IMG/VR virus record: IMGVR_UViG_3300033182_000678
Coordinates: 15,975 to 79,974 of that record
Source of the DNA: a virus
DNA: 64,000 bases
Strand: one strand, 5' to 3'
Shown here: positions 1 to 8,907 of the stretch, one piece after another
How the letters are laid out: each line of letters opens with the position of its first letter
Numbering within the stretch: the first letter of the stretch is position 1
Program-made: the position numbers and the translations under genes
Notes under the pieces: model-generated
What the model saw: only the letters and a program-made list of their open reading frames with translations
Database searches by the model: none
Told to the model about the DNA's origin: nothing

Positions 1-158
1 CTCTACTGCCTTCTCAAGTTCCTCTGTACCATTCTTATAGTATGAATTACTTGTGAATCCACATTGAAAACAAATATAGGAAGTGAAATGTTCAGTAGAT
101 TCCTCAAAACATTGTTCTTTAGTGAAACAATTTGGACAATTTGTCTTTACTTCTGCCA

Positions 159-1481
159 TTATATTTTCCTCAACTTCGGTAAACCTTTTTCTACTTTCTT
201 CTCTTCTTTTTTCATATTAGGTAATTTAATATCAACTTGTTTTGGAAGTGTATCTAATTGTTGGTCAATAATCTGTTCTAACCTATCTCTCATTTTATCA
301 TGAGTGAATGTTTTTCTATTGATTAACATTAGTTTCTTTCCTTTAACTGCATACTTAGTATAGTTTTTATATACATCTCTAAGTATTTGAGATGCAAGTC
401 CATAATTTACACTAAACCATTCACATGTTTCAATAAAGAATTCTTTTGGAAATGACCTTTCAGGTACCTTTACATACTGACCATTTAATTTTACGGTGTT
501 ATTCTCATCAAGAAAATCTTGTTGACCTGTAGCGACAGGTGCAATAATTGGTTTACCACTAAATGATGCCTCTAATAAAGGTCTACCAAATCCCTCACCA
601 TGTGTGAATGATAAATGTGCCTTTACCTTTGGATGATTATATAGTCCATTCATCTCATCATCAGTTAGGTCACCATGTAGTAACCAAATTTTTGGAAGTA
701 TTTTTGCCTTAACGTCTGATTTAATATAATCAACTTTTTTTCTAATCTCTTCTCTATCAACAACTGAGAATCCTGCACTACTTGTTTTTAAAATAAGTCC
801 TGGTGCATCTTTTCTGTTTTTGAATGATTCTAAAAATACTTTAATCATCATACCAACATCTTTTCTATCTTCACCAAGACCACCTTGTAACCAATGTCCT
901 GTATATAAGAAGTTCCAATCAGTTGTTATCTTATTAAATTCATCAACAAGTTGTTTTGAAAATTCATTTGTTTCTTTATAAATATCTGGGTCTGCACCTT
1001 CAAATAATGTAGTTAGTTGACTATTAACTTTTAATTGACCTATGACATTACCACCTTGGTCTTTTTTGTCATATGATACATTTTTAAAATTAACTGCACT
1101 CCACTCTGATGTTATGATATTAACATCCATACGATTTAAACCCTCAACCCATGGTGCAGGTGGTATTGTGTGTTCAATACCTGCAGTTACTCCGATGTTC
1201 TTTTTTGCAAGTGGTTGAAATTCATTCGGTACACTAATCTGAAGATGTACTTCAGGTTGTCTTTCAATATTTGGTTGTCTTAAAATTCTTTTGTGAATCT
1301 CTTTGTGTATTGGATTATGTTCTTCCAATGCATTCATTGGTGTATTACCCCATCTCATTGATTGTATTCTAACATCATATTTATCTATCTCAATCAATGC
1401 TCTACAAATATCTCTTGTGTGATTACCATATCCACTTCTTGTGGCAACTGGTCCTGTAACTAATACTATTGGTTTACTCAT
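159..1481 (-). CDS. Glycosyltransferase, GT-B fold (GT4-like)
   Basis: N-terminal TRSGYG motif; C-terminal THGEGFGRPLLEA nucleotide-sugar-binding motif (EGFGxxxxEA). Confidence 0.85.
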   Translation of the reverse strand: MSKPIVLVTGPVATRSGYGNHTRDICRALIEIDKYDVRIQSMRWGNTPMNALEEHNPIHKEIHKRILRQPNIERQPEVHLQISVPNEFQPLAKKNIGVTAGIEHTIPPAPWVEGLNRMDVNIITSEWSAVNFKNVSYDKKDQGGNVIGQLKVNSQLTTLFEGADPDIYKETNEFSKQLVDEFNKITTDWNFLYTGHWLQGGLGEDRKDVGMMIKVFLESFKNRKDAPGLILKTSSAGFSVVDREEIRKKVDYIKSDVKAKILPKIWLLHGDLTDDEMNGLYNHPKVKAHLSFTHGEGFGRPLLEASFSGKPIIAPVATGQQDFLDENNTVKLNGQYVKVPERSFPKEFFIETCEWFSVNYGLASQILRDVYKNYTKYAVKGKKLMLINRKTFTHDKMRDRLEQIIDQQLDTLPKQVDIKLPNMKKEEKKVEKGLPKLRKI

Positions 1482-2902
1482 ACTTCATGTACCTCATAAC
1501 TTTTTCTTGGTGTCCATTTTTCCCATGCAGTTTCCATGTGGTCTTTAAATAACTGACACATATGTCTTGTACTCATCATCCCATCATCACTTGTTACAAA
1601 TTCGTGTCCAAGTCTACCTGCTTCAGTTCTCTCTTCAGGTGTCTTATCATACCAATATCTTAATGCATCTGCAACATCAACCCAGTCAACTCTATCATCC
1701 ATAATAAATGGTGTTGGTACTGAACCTTGAACTGAACGAGTTCTCGGCCATACTGGTTTTACCCATTCACCATGAGTTAAGTCTTTGTTGTTCTCCCACT
1801 TTCTCCAATCGTGTAGTGAGTGGATTTCTGAATAATCTTGATAAGTTAGATATTCTCCATTAAGTTTGAATCCACATTGGTCTTGTAATCCACCTGTAAC
1901 ATTTACAATGATTGGTGTTCCACACATTAATGATTCACAAGTTCCTAATCCGAATCCTTCGTTGGATGCAATATTTACGGTAAGGTCAACTGCATTATAT
2001 AAATGTCTCATTCCATCATTGTTTAGTTTTTCCCTTGAGAACACTATATTTAAATCAGGACATAACTCTTCAACAACTGCAGGTAAATCAGTACCATTAT
2101 TATCAACTGGTTCAGTATGTAGGACAAATCCTATCTTCTGTTTTTGTTCTTCAGTTAATCCATCTGCGAATGTTTTGAATGCCATAATTAAATCTGAAGT
2201 CATTTTTCTTCTGATATTTCTATTGATAAAGAGAATAGTAAAGTCTACTTCTTTACCTTTGAATAACTCATTTCTAACTTTGTTTACCTTAAATGTTTCA
2301 TCTTCATCTACAACAGGATAAAAATATTTTTCATTGATTCCATGTGGAACATAAGTAGAATCCCAATCTGTTCTTGGTTTTTTCTGACATACATTTTGAA
2401 CTATGTTGTGTGTTTGTTTAGAAATGTTCATAATCAAATCACAACTTTCATAATAAGGTTCGTTCCACCTTGGATAAGGTAAGTTATCCCAAATATTATA
2501 ATAAAAGATAGGAATCTGTTGTCTTATCTCGTGTTCCATTTGATATAACCAAATCCAAAATCTTGGGTCTGTGTAGTGTAGGATTGCATCTGGTTTTTCA
2601 ATCGCCAGTAACTCTCTCACTAACTCTTGACTTCCATAACCATCAACTGGATATATTTTTAAACTGGCATCCTCAACACCTGTATTTTCTCTCACTGCCT
2701 GATTCATATCTACGATTTTACCTGTATCTGGATGTTTGATTGCTCCACCGACTTGAATCCAATCATATTTATCTATAGTCCCAAAGACTATTTCTCTTGA
2801 CATAGTACCGACACCACTATGCATTCTTAAATCATCTGACAACAATAAGATTTTCTTCTTTTTTGGTTTTGAAGAAACCTTCTGTAGTTTTGGTAATTGC
2901 AT
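1478..2902 (-). CDS. Glycosyltransferase, GT-B fold (GT4-like)
   Basis: KILLLSDD..HSGVG N-terminus; SNEGFGLGTCESLMCGTP motif; 4-nt overlap with the next GT. Confidence 0.85.
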   Translation of the reverse strand: MQLPKLQKVSSKPKKKKILLLSDDLRMHSGVGTMSREIVFGTIDKYDWIQVGGAIKHPDTGKIVDMNQAVRENTGVEDASLKIYPVDGYGSQELVRELLAIEKPDAILHYTDPRFWIWLYQMEHEIRQQIPIFYYNIWDNLPYPRWNEPYYESCDLIMNISKQTHNIVQNVCQKKPRTDWDSTYVPHGINEKYFYPVVDEDETFKVNKVRNELFKGKEVDFTILFINRNIRRKMTSDLIMAFKTFADGLTEEQKQKIGFVLHTEPVDNNGTDLPAVVEELCPDLNIVFSREKLNNDGMRHLYNAVDLTVNIASNEGFGLGTCESLMCGTPIIVNVTGGLQDQCGFKLNGEYLTYQDYSEIHSLHDWRKWENNKDLTHGEWVKPVWPRTRSVQGSVPTPFIMDDRVDWVDVADALRYWYDKTPEERTEAGRLGHEFVTSDDGMMSTRHMCQLFKDHMETAWEKWTPRKSYEVHEV

Positions 2903-2912
2903 CTATAACCTC

Positions 2913-3107
2913 TTAATATTTAGAACCACTTGTTTCTAAGTCACTATTCTTTAGAACTTTTTCCTTAAAATCTTCATCATACACAAATAAATGTAAACTA
3001 CGATTTACTAATTTTTGTAACGAAAAGTCCTCAGAGATAGATTTCTCCTTGAACTTACGATATAACTCATCAATAACTTTTACCGATGTTAATTTGTCTT
3101 CACTCAT
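2913..3107 (-). CDS. Small protein, possibly ribbon-helix-helix DNA-binding
   Basis: 64 aa; LTSVKV strand followed by two helices; TATTTATA motif upstream. Confidence 0.45.
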   Translation of the reverse strand: MSEDKLTSVKVIDELYRKFKEKSISEDFSLQKLVNRSLHLFVYDEDFKEKVLKNSDLETSGSKY

Positions 3108-3170
3108 AATAATCTCTTTTGTTAGTTATCTATATATATCCCGAATATATATGTATATATAAATAGTTTA

Positions 3171-3575
3171 TTAATCAAAAATAATAACCTTTTTATCAAT
3201 TTTTTTAGAATACTTTAGTGCAGAACCTGTACCATTTGTCACCTTTCCATCAGTGCAAAATGCAACTACTTTATCACTATACTCAACTAAATCTTTATTT
3301 CGTTTATGGTAATTACCAACACTATATGGTTTACCATATCTAAATGCACCATATACACAATGTATATTATGTGGTTCATGATATGGTGGAAACTCTGAAT
3401 AATTTATATCAAAGTCAAGTGAGAATTGTTTTGCATATTTATCAGCTCCCTCTCTTGCACCACCACTTACTATTTCTAAATCACTACCAACCTTTTCTTT
3501 TAATTTGAAAATAAAGTCTTTTATTTTTCGTTTGTTGGTGTAAGTTCTACTACCTATGATTGCTACTTTCATCAT
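3171..3575 (-). CDS. SLOG/YspA-like (DUF2493-type) protein
   Basis: MKVAIIGSR, IVSGGAREGAD, RN..LV and GT motifs; start moved to MMKVAIIG. Confidence 0.7.
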   Translation of the reverse strand: MMKVAIIGSRTYTNKRKIKDFIFKLKEKVGSDLEIVSGGAREGADKYAKQFSLDFDINYSEFPPYHEPHNIHCVYGAFRYGKPYSVGNYHKRNKDLVEYSDKVVAFCTDGKVTNGTGSALKYSKKIDKKVIIFD

Positions 3576-4014
3576 CGTTTCTTTTTTGTTTCCTTGGTTT
3601 TTTATCTGGGTCTCTTGATACAAAGTCCCATGTCTTTTTGAAATTTTTTATACCCTCAACTATACCTGTACTTGGGTCACTGTATGTCCAACTGAATCTT
3701 GAGTATTGAATAAAGTTATTTTCATATACATTTCTTGGTATCACATCGTACCAAATAAAAAATACTTGTTTATCAAAAAACTCTGGTCTAATAATTGTCT
3801 TCTGTGGTTTCTTAGTTTCAGTTTCTCTTTGTTTTAAAAACTGACTCAACCTACTTAAATCTATTTTCTCAGTATCTCTATCGTACCAAAAATAAATTGT
3901 GAATTGGTTTTGAACTACTTCATTTCCTACATTGGACAACTCATCTAATACTTCTTGTTCCCATGGTTTGTCAATAAAGTCTGATAACTTTAATCTTAAT
4001 GTTGGTGTAATCAT
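3550..4014 (-). CDS. Hypothetical protein
   Basis: 154-aa ORF packed in the operon; no recognised motif. Confidence 0.6.
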   Translation of the reverse strand: MITPTLRLKLSDFIDKPWEQEVLDELSNVGNEVVQNQFTIYFWYDRDTEKIDLSRLSQFLKQRETETKKPQKTIIRPEFFDKQVFFIWYDVIPRNVYENNFIQYSRFSWTYSDPSTGIVEGIKNFKKTWDFVSRDPDKKPRKQKRNDDESSNHR

Positions 4015-4847
4015 TATAAATCCTTACATAATCTACATTTTTTGTGTTTCTCACACTTTTGATAATCTTTGTCAATAATATTACCATTTTCATCATAACA
4101 CTCAGACATAAATTCATCAAATCTTGTCATAACCTTATTTATACTTGGTTTTCCACTTGCAGGTGTGAATACTTGGATTCTCTTTTGTGGATATGCGATA
4201 TTCTCGTATAATCTTCTCTTTAATATTAAATATTCAACATCTATTTTATCCATTGGAATTTCTGTTTGGTCTGAGAAATATTTCTTGTATAATAATAATT
4301 GATTAGTTTTGTTCTTGTCTGCCTTTTGGTATTTATTCCAACCCATTGTAGCAGTTTTGATATCAATAATCTTCACACGACCTGTAACTTTATTATGTAT
4401 AACCACATCCATGTATCCAATGAAAGTTAGTTTATTATCTAACTTCTGATTTAAGTCTAACTCAATACCAACTAATTCTGTATTCTTCTTAGGAAAGTAA
4501 CTACTCTTTCTTTTTAAGAACTCATCAATGATATTAATACCATCTTGAAAAAATTCTTTCATTTCTTCTAATGAAACATCAAAGTCATCACCATGTTGTT
4601 CCTTAGATTTCTTATAGTTCTCTTCCATTCTGTATTGTAGTATGTCATGTAGTGGTAGAGAATCTGCATATTTGATTGTCTTATTGTAGTAGGCAACTAA
4701 GTATGCCTGTATGGTTTCATGTATGGCAGAACCAAATAAGGTATAAATATTACCATAAAATGTTGTTTGTTTATCTACATAATCAAGTTTCCATGTGTAT
4801 GGACATTTGTCCCACTTGGCGAACTGACTATAACTTATTCTACTCAT
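4014..4847 (-). CDS. PD-(D/E)XK (RecB/Cas4-like) exonuclease
   Basis: ISYSQ..W..CP, FGSAIHE, G.MD....IIDIKT, QLLLY and C-terminal Cys cluster. Confidence 0.8.
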   Translation of the reverse strand: MSRISYSQFAKWDKCPYTWKLDYVDKQTTFYGNIYTLFGSAIHETIQAYLVAYYNKTIKYADSLPLHDILQYRMEENYKKSKEQHGDDFDVSLEEMKEFFQDGINIIDEFLKRKSSYFPKKNTELVGIELDLNQKLDNKLTFIGYMDVVIHNKVTGRVKIIDIKTATMGWNKYQKADKNKTNQLLLYKKYFSDQTEIPMDKIDVEYLILKRRLYENIAYPQKRIQVFTPASGKPSINKVMTRFDEFMSECYDENGNIIDKDYQKCEKHKKCRLCKDL

Positions 4848-4938
4848 CTATAATAGCTCTTCCTTTCATTTCTTCCGTTCATACTACACCTAACAATGTA
4901 TAAATTCTTTCCCCGAAGTTCTTCCTGAATACGATTGA

Positions 4939-5331
4939 TTATTTTGCCCATTTCCCTCTTTGAACTACTTGTGCCATTACACCATAATTGGAAATATCAC
5001 TATAACTATCAATCAATGGTTCACCCTCTACGGCATTTTCAGTATTCCTCATCAATAGAGTTTTAATTCTCTCTACCTTGTCATTTATGCGGAAAAACAA
5101 TCCCAATAATGATAATCTTATGTCTTCTTTAGTTTTGAGTATCGTTCCTACTGCGACATTGGAAGGCCCATAATCAAACTGCTTCTTACAAAATAATTCA
5201 TATTGTTCTCGTTGTATTGCTTTGAACTCACCTGTCATTTCAGGATAAGTTTCTTCCATATACTCTATGACATCCACACTCTTTTTGTTACCCTTAGGCG
5301 TATCCTTGATAACTTTCATATTATTCTCCAA
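4939..5331 (-). CDS. DUF1599-like (nucleotide-modification-associated) protein
   Basis: KQFDYG, R..DK.ER and DS..DISNYG motifs of this all-helical family. Confidence 0.7.
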   Translation of the reverse strand: MENNMKVIKDTPKGNKKSVDVIEYMEETYPEMTGEFKAIQREQYELFCKKQFDYGPSNVAVGTILKTKEDIRLSLLGLFFRINDKVERIKTLLMRNTENAVEGEPLIDSYSDISNYGVMAQVVQRGKWAK

Positions 5332-5344
5332 TTTATCGTATGTT

Positions 5345-5374
5345 AATATACAAAACTTTTACTATATTTGTCAA
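5345..5374 (-). promoter_or_regulatory. Sigma70-type promoter TTGACA-N18-TATATT
   Basis: Perfect -35 and near-consensus -10 upstream of the 5331 gene, followed by a GGAGA Shine-Dalgarno. Confidence 0.55.
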
Positions 5375-5379
5375 GCACT

Positions 5380-5940
5380 TTATACAATTTTATCAACAAT
5401 CCCATATTCTAAACATTGTTCTGAGTCAAAGTAGGAATCATTTCTTCCTGATAACTCCCAAAACCTTGCATCTTTTTTTGTAACTTCACCAAGTAACTCA
5501 TTGATATCTTTTTGTAAATCTTTTAAATGGTCAACACCTTTCATCACATCTGTAGTTTTACCCGCCTCAAATGCTGAACCCTCATGAACCATTACGGTTC
5601 CATGTTTTGTCATTGTTCTTAAACCTGTACCACATGATAATAATACTGATGCAGCACTCATACAAGTTCCAACACAATGTGTATTTACCTTTACATCTAA
5701 TCCTCTAATATAATCCACTAACCCTAACATTGCATAAACATCACCACCATATGAAGAAATGTTCAAATTGATTGGTGTATTTGGATTAACTCTTTGTAGG
5801 TAATCAAGTTTGATAATTGTTGAATATAGTGAATCAATATCAAACTCATAGTTCATGTAGGTGGTATTGGTTTTTGAATTAACACCCCACTCCATTTCCT
5901 TAATATAAAATGATTCTTCATCTCTAAAATTGTTTCCCAT
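5380..5940 (-). CDS. clpP: ClpP-like protease subunit
   Basis: ISSYGGDV, CMSAAS (Ser), MVHE (His), NDSYF (Asp) and YGIVDKI. Confidence 0.85.
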   Translation of the reverse strand: MGNNFRDEESFYIKEMEWGVNSKTNTTYMNYEFDIDSLYSTIIKLDYLQRVNPNTPINLNISSYGGDVYAMLGLVDYIRGLDVKVNTHCVGTCMSAASVLLSCGTGLRTMTKHGTVMVHEGSAFEAGKTTDVMKGVDHLKDLQKDINELLGEVTKKDARFWELSGRNDSYFDSEQCLEYGIVDKIV

Positions 5941-6371
5941 TATTTACTCCATATTGTTTTTAGTTGTTTGTCTTCTACACCAAATTTCATTATGATTGTT
6001 TCTACTTGTTGTGGTGTTAATATTTCCAAGTACTCATCTACTTCCTTTGAACTACATTCAAAATATTCACACAAATATTCCATAACCCAAGTGTTCACTT
6101 TAGACTTATGTTTTGATTTTGTGTATTTAAGAAATGTTCTACCCTTTGGTAATATATCAATATAAAACTGATACACATTCTTAGGAGCCAACTCCCAATA
6201 CTTTTGTATCTCATTCACTACTTGAATCCACTCTGGTTTCATTGATAGAAATCTATGCACCATATAGTTTGAGAATGTTTTTTTATCACCCTCACTTAAT
6301 GTATCCCAATATGTAGGACTCTGTACATTTGTGATTTGTTTTACATGGTCAAATAAAGATTTAGTCTTCAT
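5940..6371 (-). CDS. Probable clamp-loader small subunit (T4 gp62-like)
   Basis: SLFD.., YMVHRFLSM and FLKYTK motifs; size and proximity to the gp44-like gene. Confidence 0.6.
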   Translation of the reverse strand: MKTKSLFDHVKQITNVQSPTYWDTLSEGDKKTFSNYMVHRFLSMKPEWIQVVNEIQKYWELAPKNVYQFYIDILPKGRTFLKYTKSKHKSKVNTWVMEYLCEYFECSSKEVDEYLEILTPQQVETIIMKFGVEDKQLKTIWSK

Positions 6372-7050
6372 TTTTTACTACTTTCCAACCTGACTTTTTA
6401 ATAATATTATCACTTCTACCTTTCCAATAAAAGAACTCACCATCAAATGTAAAAATATCTTTTGTATCATAATAATCTTTATCATGATTTGATAACATAG
6501 ACTCACCTCTTAAATGTAAAGTTTTATCCAACATGATATCCCAACCACTAATAAGTCTCATTCCAAGATGTATATCATCACCATCAGTAAAGTTAGTTCC
6601 CATAACTACTGGTATACATTCTGTAGAACCATAACCATGCATTACTTTTTGTACACCCAACTCTAACATAAACTCTATATCATCTATTGATGTTTCTTCT
6701 GCACCTATCAACAAGTGTTCTATAGAACTACAATTCGGTCTTAGTCCACTTTCTTTTAACATTCTTACCATTGTAGGTATTAATATTAATTTTGTAGGTT
6801 TTAAATTTATCATTTGTTCAAACACATCAGTTGAAAACTTATCACTATATATAGTTCCACCAATTTGTTCCATAGGTCTTGCCATAATATATGACCCAAT
6901 TGTATGTCTTGGTATAAAATCTAATAGTACATCTGATTTATTCAAGTTAAATACTTCTATATTTGAATTGATTGAATGTTGTAAAGATTCTTCACTATGT
7001 AAAACTTCTTTTGGTTTTCCTGTAGAACCTGTTGTATTAAATTTGTTCAT
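6361..7050 (-). CDS. Truncated ANL-family adenylate-forming (AMP-binding) enzyme
   Basis: TTGSTGKPK P-loop, GAE, GYGSTE, YDTKD and GRSDNIIKKSG motifs. Confidence 0.8.
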   Translation of the reverse strand: MNKFNTTGSTGKPKEVLHSEESLQHSINSNIEVFNLNKSDVLLDFIPRHTIGSYIMARPMEQIGGTIYSDKFSTDVFEQMINLKPTKLILIPTMVRMLKESGLRPNCSSIEHLLIGAEETSIDDIEFMLELGVQKVMHGYGSTECIPVVMGTNFTDGDDIHLGMRLISGWDIMLDKTLHLRGESMLSNHDKDYYDTKDIFTFDGEFFYWKGRSDNIIKKSGWKVVKNED

Positions 7051-7489
7051 TTATAACTCTCCCTATTAATTTATTAAAATCTGACCAAAATAGATAACAT
7101 GGTGCATCATCTCTGAAACCAAATCTATTTGGATTATTTTTTTCTATAACTTTATTTTCATGTAACATTTCTGAAATTTTTATTGTTGGTGAATCAAAAG
7201 TGGTTGACCACCAAAGTGTTTTTGTATTTGGATGTAACCTCTTTGTTAACAATAATATTTCTTTTAGTAGAACTTTAGTGAGATTTTTTTTTCTCTCTTG
7301 TTTATAAATATAAAAGTTTCTTGTGTTAATGACATTTTTTTTACACCAAATATTAACTAATCCAAGTGGTCTATCTTCAGTACTAAATTTAAAAAATCTC
7401 ATCCCTTTTTCATAAAAAACTTCAGGATTATCTTCTTGTATCTCTTTAAATTCAGTATACTTTATTTCCTCTACCAATATGCATCGCAT
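7037..7489 (-). CDS. Putative GNAT-fold acyltransferase
   Basis: FYIYKQERKKNLTKVLL resembles the GNAT acyl-CoA-binding motif A; 150 aa. Confidence 0.5.
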   Translation of the reverse strand: MRCILVEEIKYTEFKEIQEDNPEVFYEKGMRFFKFSTEDRPLGLVNIWCKKNVINTRNFYIYKQERKKNLTKVLLKEILLLTKRLHPNTKTLWWSTTFDSPTIKISEMLHENKVIEKNNPNRFGFRDDAPCYLFWSDFNKLIGRVINEQI

Positions 7490-8892
7490 GTTATAACCGA
7501 ATTATTACTTTCACCTGCGTGATATCTATCTTCTGTCTCTAAGTCTAATGAATAATATAAAGACTCTGAAGTTGTTAATGATATTGATGATACTGATTGT
7601 GTTGTGAACCCATTCACTACAAATGTATCATTAACTTTGACATCTCTTATAGGTTTAAATTGATATTTTGAACCACTATAGACCATAATTTGGTCTTCAG
7701 GATTCACTCTTGTTGAATTATTTAATTCATAATAACCCCAACTTGGTGTTACAACCAAACTATTTACTGAACTTGTTGATTCACTAAAGTCACTTATAGA
7801 ACCTGTCCAATTACCTTTATCAATAATAAATTGAGGCCAAGTCAACTTAGCTACTGATGACTGAAATGCAGTGTCTCTTTTTGGATAATTGTTAATCACT
7901 ACACTCTTAACTACATCACCTGAACTAACATCACTAATTCTTTTCACCGAACCATCTGACATTGATACTGGAGTGTTACCCTCAAAATGTCCTGTTTGCC
8001 ATATCCTTACATTATTAGAATCATAAATATTAGTATTTTGTGAACCAATAGTAGTTGAACCACTTGGTTGACCAAACTTTCTGTAGTTGGTTACATAAGT
8101 TTCGTTTCTTGTAAGGTATTTGACACTACCACTTCCAATCAATATAACACTCCTAAAAGCTCTGTACCTATCGTTATCTATTTCAGGTTCAATATATTGT
8201 TCTACATAATCAAAGTTATTGTAAACTTGATTCCTATCTTCTGTAAAATCTGCAAAAGATACACCTACTCCCATATCTTCAGTTGGGTCTTTGATAACAA
8301 CATCAGGTACATTTGTTGGATTACTAAATGATGATGAAATATCCCTACCGAATGCAGGAAAGAAATCTTCACCTAAACTACCTGTTATAAAATTACGAAA
8401 GTTAGTCTTGTTCTCACATAATACATCAACATTATGATAATTTAAATGTCCTTGTCTTAATACATAATGTGTTGAAGATGGTGTTGGGATAATCTCATCC
8501 CATAAATTATACTCATGAGTAAATGTACATCCTGAAGATGACAAACTTGAACTTAGGTGTTGTCTAAAAATATCTAAAGTATCTTCAACTCTTTGTGGTT
8601 CTATATTGAAGTTCAAATAGTCTTCATAAAAAGTACATGTAGTGTGGCCAGAACTTGTAATATGACTGACTAACTCAGGAACATCAAACATTACTTTCAT
8701 TCTACCACTTAACCCAACATTAGTGTTCATCTCTAATAGTTTTATTGAGCCACTTTGTGGTATCCAATCCATTGCATATAACATACCCTCATGTTCACTA
8801 TCCCAATAGGCACTACCAGTAAACAGATTTCCTATCTGTAAACTTTTTTCTTTTAATAAATTTGCGTAATTTTGTCTTTGTGAATCATTCAT
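7471..8892 (-). CDS. Circularly permuted ATP-grasp-like ligase fused to a degenerate C-terminal Hint domain
   Basis: MDW..KLLEMNTN, VVIKDP..GVGV and VEQYIEP; C-terminal GHFEGNTPVSMSDGSVKRISDVSSGDVVKS...YSLDLETEDRYHAG. Confidence 0.6.
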   Translation of the reverse strand: MNDSQRQNYANLLKEKSLQIGNLFTGSAYWDSEHEGMLYAMDWIPQSGSIKLLEMNTNVGLSGRMKVMFDVPELVSHITSSGHTTCTFYEDYLNFNIEPQRVEDTLDIFRQHLSSSLSSSGCTFTHEYNLWDEIIPTPSSTHYVLRQGHLNYHNVDVLCENKTNFRNFITGSLGEDFFPAFGRDISSSFSNPTNVPDVVIKDPTEDMGVGVSFADFTEDRNQVYNNFDYVEQYIEPEIDNDRYRAFRSVILIGSGSVKYLTRNETYVTNYRKFGQPSGSTTIGSQNTNIYDSNNVRIWQTGHFEGNTPVSMSDGSVKRISDVSSGDVVKSVVINNYPKRDTAFQSSVAKLTWPQFIIDKGNWTGSISDFSESTSSVNSLVVTPSWGYYELNNSTRVNPEDQIMVYSGSKYQFKPIRDVKVNDTFVVNGFTTQSVSSISLTTSESLYYSLDLETEDRYHAGESNNSVITCDAYW

Positions 8893-8907
8893 ATCTATAA
8901 ATATTGA

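Noticed and set aside
4014-4847. Cas4 as evidence of a CRISPR-Cas system
   Set aside because: Stand-alone PD-(D/E)XK nucleases are common in phages; no other cas genes or array present
7471-7995. A fourth active intein
   Set aside because: Lacks Cys/Ser1, the block B His and the terminal Asn, and has no C-extein
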